Positions 59,522 through 64,000 of a stretch of 64,000 bases of DNA are shown one piece after another. Every line of letters begins with the position of its first letter. Within the stretch, counting starts at the first letter, position 1. The stretch comes from Euprymna scolopes (taxonomy: Eukaryota): assembly GCA_053919585.1 (NCBI GenBank), contig CM132797.1. One strand, given 5' to 3'. Both the position numbers and the translations under genes were made by a program. The notes beneath the pieces are model-generated. The model did not search any database, was not told the origin of the DNA, and saw nothing but the letters and a program-made list of their open reading frames with translations.

Positions 59522-62500
59522 CTAGGGTGGGAAAACAAACTTGAACCTAGCGCCTCGTCGGATGCACAAACTAGTGTTGTGCACCCATCTCCTATCAAAG
59601 TCTATGCGGTGCAATCTTTTCCAATCGCATCTGATCTTTACTTTAAGTTGATGTTTAAAGCGACCAACCAGATCCCGATCCGAAACAGATTGCTCCTCAT
59701 AGACAATGTCAAGACGTGAAACCCACGTCACTAATCTAGCTACTGCTAGGATCGCTAGAAACACCAATCGTCTCTCCCCAGTAAACGGCGGATTCATGTT
59801 GCCAACGACGTACGTCAAATCAAGTGGCACCAACCGCTCGGGGTCGATGCGAGCCATTACCTTTCCGACGTACTCCCAGAGCCTCCGAACTCTGCTGCAA
59901 AGAAAAAAGGCATGCTCCCTCGTTTCATCTTCGTCTTCCTCGCAGCGGGGGCAGTAAGGAACGTATTCATCCCCTCTGCAGTCTCCGGCAAGTACGCCGA
60001 AAAGTGGCAGCGCATTCCGGACTAGCCTCCATGTGATTGAAAACTCTGAATTATTTAAAAAGCTACTGGCGCCCAATTCCACTGAGAGAGGACCTCCTCC
60101 CTCGACATGTGCAGCCGCTCAACCAGCGGATCTTTTGCGGTCCCCACCACTAAATCTCTCCTCCTAGGCCGTGCTAGGTCACTGGACCTCGGCAATGCCC
60201 TAAGGGCGGCTCGGCATTCGGAGAGGAACTACTGTTCCCCCACCGGTCTTCTGCGACCTTCAGTGGCAGGGGAGGGTATGAGCTGTGGGAAAGCCTGCTC
60301 CACAACTGGTACCCAGTGCAATTCCTCAAGCAGTGTCCGACTTAGGAACGCCAATCTTTCGGCGTGCTTATGACTTAGAAAGTCAGGCATTCCCAAGCCT
60401 CCATCGCTGAGTTTCTGTGTACAGACCCGTCTATGGACATACGGCTTTCCCCCTTTCCAGAGGAGTCTGAAAAGGAGTCGCACCAAAGCCTTACAGCGGT
60501 CCGCAGGCAGAGGAAGTACTGACAAGCGGTAAAGGATCAACGGAAAGACGTAAGTTTGGCACGCCTCCGCACGACCCTTCAGGGACAAACCCCTGCGAAT
60601 CCAAGTCCCCACTGACGATTCGACCTTTGTCTGTACCTCCGACCAATTTTTGTCCAGCTGGAGCCCAGGCCCGAACCAGATTCCAAGAATCTTTACCGGG
60701 CCATCCGTCCAGCCGAACTCACCTGGAAGCGAGTTTACCCCGGTCCAAGTGCCCAACCGTAGGCCAACGGACTTGCTGCGATTGACTATGGCCCCTGTGA
60801 CACTTTCATACTCATCGACCGCCTCCATCACCGCTTTAATATCGATCCTTCGCCCTACATAAACGGTGACATCATCAGCGTACGCGGAAACCCTGGCGAA
60901 CTTGCCGCCAGGTAGAGCTATGCCGCGCAGGACTGGTCTCGTCGTCTCGTCCCTTGACTTGCGAAAGAAGGGCTCCAACGCCAGGACATAAAGCAGAGGC
61001 AACAGCGGACACCCCTGGCGCACCGACCGAGAGACCCCAAAGGACTCCGACAACCTACCATTTACTTGTACCGCTACCATGGGGTTACGATACAAAACGG
61101 AAATCCACTTGCGGAAGTCCGGACCAAAACCGGCGGTCTCCAAAACAGATTCCAAGAAACCATGGTCGACCCTATCGAAAGCTTTGGACTGATCTAAATT
61201 GATCAGCGCGGCTCCTGTGTCGTCTTCTAACCCCTCTATGATCGTGCACACCAAATGCAAGTTATCTTTAATCGTTCTCCCCTTCACAGAACAAGTCTGA
61301 TCATGTTCGACAGAATCGCCGATGACAACCTGCAGTCGGTTTGCAAGAACGTGTGCCAAAATCTTCAACTCTGTGTTTAGCAGAGTGATGGGCCTGTAAT
61401 CATCTAAATCCTCCCAACCATGCCGCTCTTTCTTCTTCAGTAGTGTGACCACTCCTTTGGTTACCTGCCCAGGGATGGATCCCTGGGAAAACCAGTGGTT
61501 AAACACACCCGTCAGAAGAGGAACAAACATGGGCGACAGCCTCAAATACAATTCGTAGGGCAGACCATCGAGCCCTAGAGATCTGTTCCGGCCAACCTGC
61601 TTCAACGCAGTAATGACTTCACGCTCTGTAACCACCCCATCACAGCTAGCTGCTCGGGCTGCAGTAAGGCGGGGCGAGCCGGCTAAATAGCTGCCAAACT
61701 CCTGACCGCGGAGTCTGGGTAGTTGGGTAAAGCGTTCCTCCAAATGTTGACGGAACCCATTGCAAATCTCTTGAGTCGATACGAGGGTATGTCCTTCCAG
61801 GTTTTTCACCTTCCGAATGTACCCGTCCGAGCCACGTCTTAAGGCAGCCTTACGCTCAACAGCGTCAACGTTCACGGCTTCGTTAGAGACTCTTTTTAAC
61901 CTAGCCCTAACTACTTGACCTTCGTAACGCTCGCTAGCCAAGCGCTGGAGGTCCCCCTTAACTACGTCTATCTCTAGGGGATCCCCACCAGCCACCGCCC
62001 GGGTCAATCTATCATCTAGCTGCCTTTTGGTCCGTGCCCTAGTTAACGCGAGGCGTTGGCTATATTGGACACAAAAGAGCCTAATGGTAGCCTTAAGTCT
62101 AATCCACCAGCTACTCCCGGTAACCGCCCCCACTAACTCCCGCTGAATTAGTGTTGTCAGCTGCTCCCGAAAGTCGTTCATCTCCAGTAAGGAGGCGTTC
62201 AACTTCCAGTAGCCAGCCAACCTAGGCCTATTACCTAATCTCAAACGGGCCATTACTAATTTATGGTCCGAATGACCTAGCCAGTGGAACGTGGGACACG
62301 ATAAGAAATCTATGTCGCCTCTTCTAATTAACATCCTGTCCAAGTAGGTACTTGAACAGGAGGCGACACTACTTTGCCACGTCCACATCTCTCTCCCCGG
62401 GTGATCCAGACGGAACCTGTCGACAAGATCGCACAAGACCATCAGGTCAGACAGGCTGCTTTCACACCGATCCGACCCTCTATTCCCCCCGACCTTATCT

Positions 62501-62949
62501 ATCTTGGGGTCCAGGATGGCATTCCAGTCCCCCATTAAAACTACTCGCTCCGGACCCGCCGAAAGGAACACCTCCACCTGCCGAAAAAAGGAAACCCTCT
62601 CCTCAGCGAAATTGGGCGCGTAAACTGCCAAAATCCGGAACTTACTGCTTTTAACGGCAACATCGACCACGACCAGCCTTCCATGAGCGCACGCGTGGAC
62701 TACAGTAACCGCCGCACCTAGGGTGCAACTCATTAACACAGAAACCCCACGGCTAGTGGAATTGCCGTATGCTGAATAAACGTCAAATTCGTCCACCAGC
62801 ACACTGCAATCCCCGGGCCCAACAAAGTGGGTCTCCTGAATTGTAGCTATATCTACCTCCAGGGCTATGAGATCCCTCAGTACGCGAGCAGCCTTGCTTC
62901 GAGATCTCATGCCCCTCGCATTTAAACTAGCTAGGTTCAAGTTTGCCAT
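59522..62949 (-). pseudogene. Tx1 ORF2: APE endonuclease, RT and C-terminal CCHC zinc finger; premature stop at 60229 and frameshift near 60085
   Basis: LNARG, IQETH, YAPN, GDWN, SDH; YRPITLLN, DQSKAFDRV, RQGCPL, YADD; CPRC....ETREHAFFLC. Confidence 0.94.
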
Positions 62950-62960
62950 AATTGCCCTAA

Positions 62961-64000
62961 CTAGAAGTATTCATCAAAAGCGGGTCTAAAGTCCTCGGGT
63001 GTTAGAACGCCGAAAGACTGACCGATGCTGCCAGTTAGCAACTCTGTTGTGAACTGACCTCCTCGGACCAGTCCCCCCACGTCTAAGGGAAAGGTTATTT
63101 TAAGAGCTCTATAAAGGGATGAGTGAACATAAATGGGGACCCTCCCTTCGCATTTAACAGCTATTTGCATTAATGACGGGTGTTCCTCATCCACAATCTT
63201 CAGCCCCGGAAAAGCCAGTCTAGCTTCGGCAACCATCCTTCATAGCGCTTTTACTCTGGCCCCCTTTTCCTTTCTCAGGAAAGTGATGAGCATCGGTGCT
63301 TCACGGAAGTTGGTTGGCTTCTCCACTTCCTTTCCATCCACCTCGGTGAGCTTTTCCAGTTTCCTCACATTCTTCTTCTGGCCTGCGTTGAGGTCCACCG
63401 GTCCCTGGCCTACATCCACCTCACATATCCTCTCCCCGGGTAATAAGGGGCGCTTCCGTGTCCGCTCGGTCCGGACCGGGGCTACCGTGGTGGTAGTGGT
63501 GTTGATCGTCTCTTTTTCTTCTCTGCTTTCTTTGGCTTCCATGTCCTCTGAGGACCTGGCTTCTGTGTCTTCAGAAGTCCTGGCTTTTGAGGTCTCCTCG
63601 TTGGTGATAGGAGTAGTAGCAGTAGTAGTAGGGGGAGGGGTGTTCTGCTCATCCATGGGGTCTGACGGTTGGGCAGGGTTTTCTTGGTCGTCTTCCTGGT
63701 TTTCTTTCACCTTCTTGCTCGTGGCTGTCAGGCTTCTGTCTTCCGTCTTCTTCTCCTCTTCCTCTTCTTCTGATTCAACTCTCGACTTTTCTTCCTTTGT
63801 ATTCTGGTCCTTTGGCTTTTCCGTGGGGTCTGACGGTTGGGCAGGGTTTTCTTGGTCTTCTTCATCGTCTTCCTGGTCTTCCTTAACTTTCTTGTTTGTG
63901 GCTGCCAGGCTTCTGTTTTCTGTCTTCTTTTCCTCTTCCTCTTCTTCTGATTCGGGGGCCAACTTTCGTTTAACTCCTGACTTTTCTTCCTTTTGCTTCT
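62961..64000 (-). pseudogene. Tx1 ORF1 C-terminal portion, one in-frame TGA at 63240
   Basis: ORFs 63240-63962 and 62961-63236 are in the same frame, one codon apart. Acidic low-complexity region with a duplicated block (ESEEEEEEKKTE...QENPAQPSDP). Confidence 0.75.

Larger units (their letters stand above)
58830..64000 (-). mobile_element. Tx1/L1-clade LINE, near full length, 5' end outside the window
   Basis: ORF1 and ORF2 separated by 11 nt; ~650-bp 3' UTR with AATAAA signals on the minus strand near 58850 and 58955. 3' boundary approximate. Confidence 0.9.

Overview
AT-rich eukaryotic DNA, probably from an invertebrate animal, made almost entirely of nested and fragmented transposable elements. 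No host gene could be supported. Retroelements: a TSD-bounded Copia (5116-9386) and a TSD-bounded BEL/Pao (28210-42786), both internally deleted; a degraded Gypsy (~22230-28189); a near-complete Tx1/L1-clade LINE at the right edge; and Penelope and R4/Dong-like relics. DNA transposons: four Merlin (IS1595/ISXO2-like) transposase loci plus a Merlin-type foldback MITE; three hATs, one fully intact (33472-38111); and pogo, Tc1/mariner, THAP and Helitron relics. A perfect 34-bp x ~45.7 minisatellite has expanded inside an LTR, and a type I hammerhead-like motif lies at 15234-15283. The main higher-order signal is that about 21 of 25 orientable TE units, from about ten superfamilies and including every long and every young element, lie on the minus strand. 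That is the architecture expected of a uni-strand (flamenco-like) piRNA cluster transcribed from the + strand; this is an inference that needs small-RNA data. Boundaries without a TSD or TIR are approximate.
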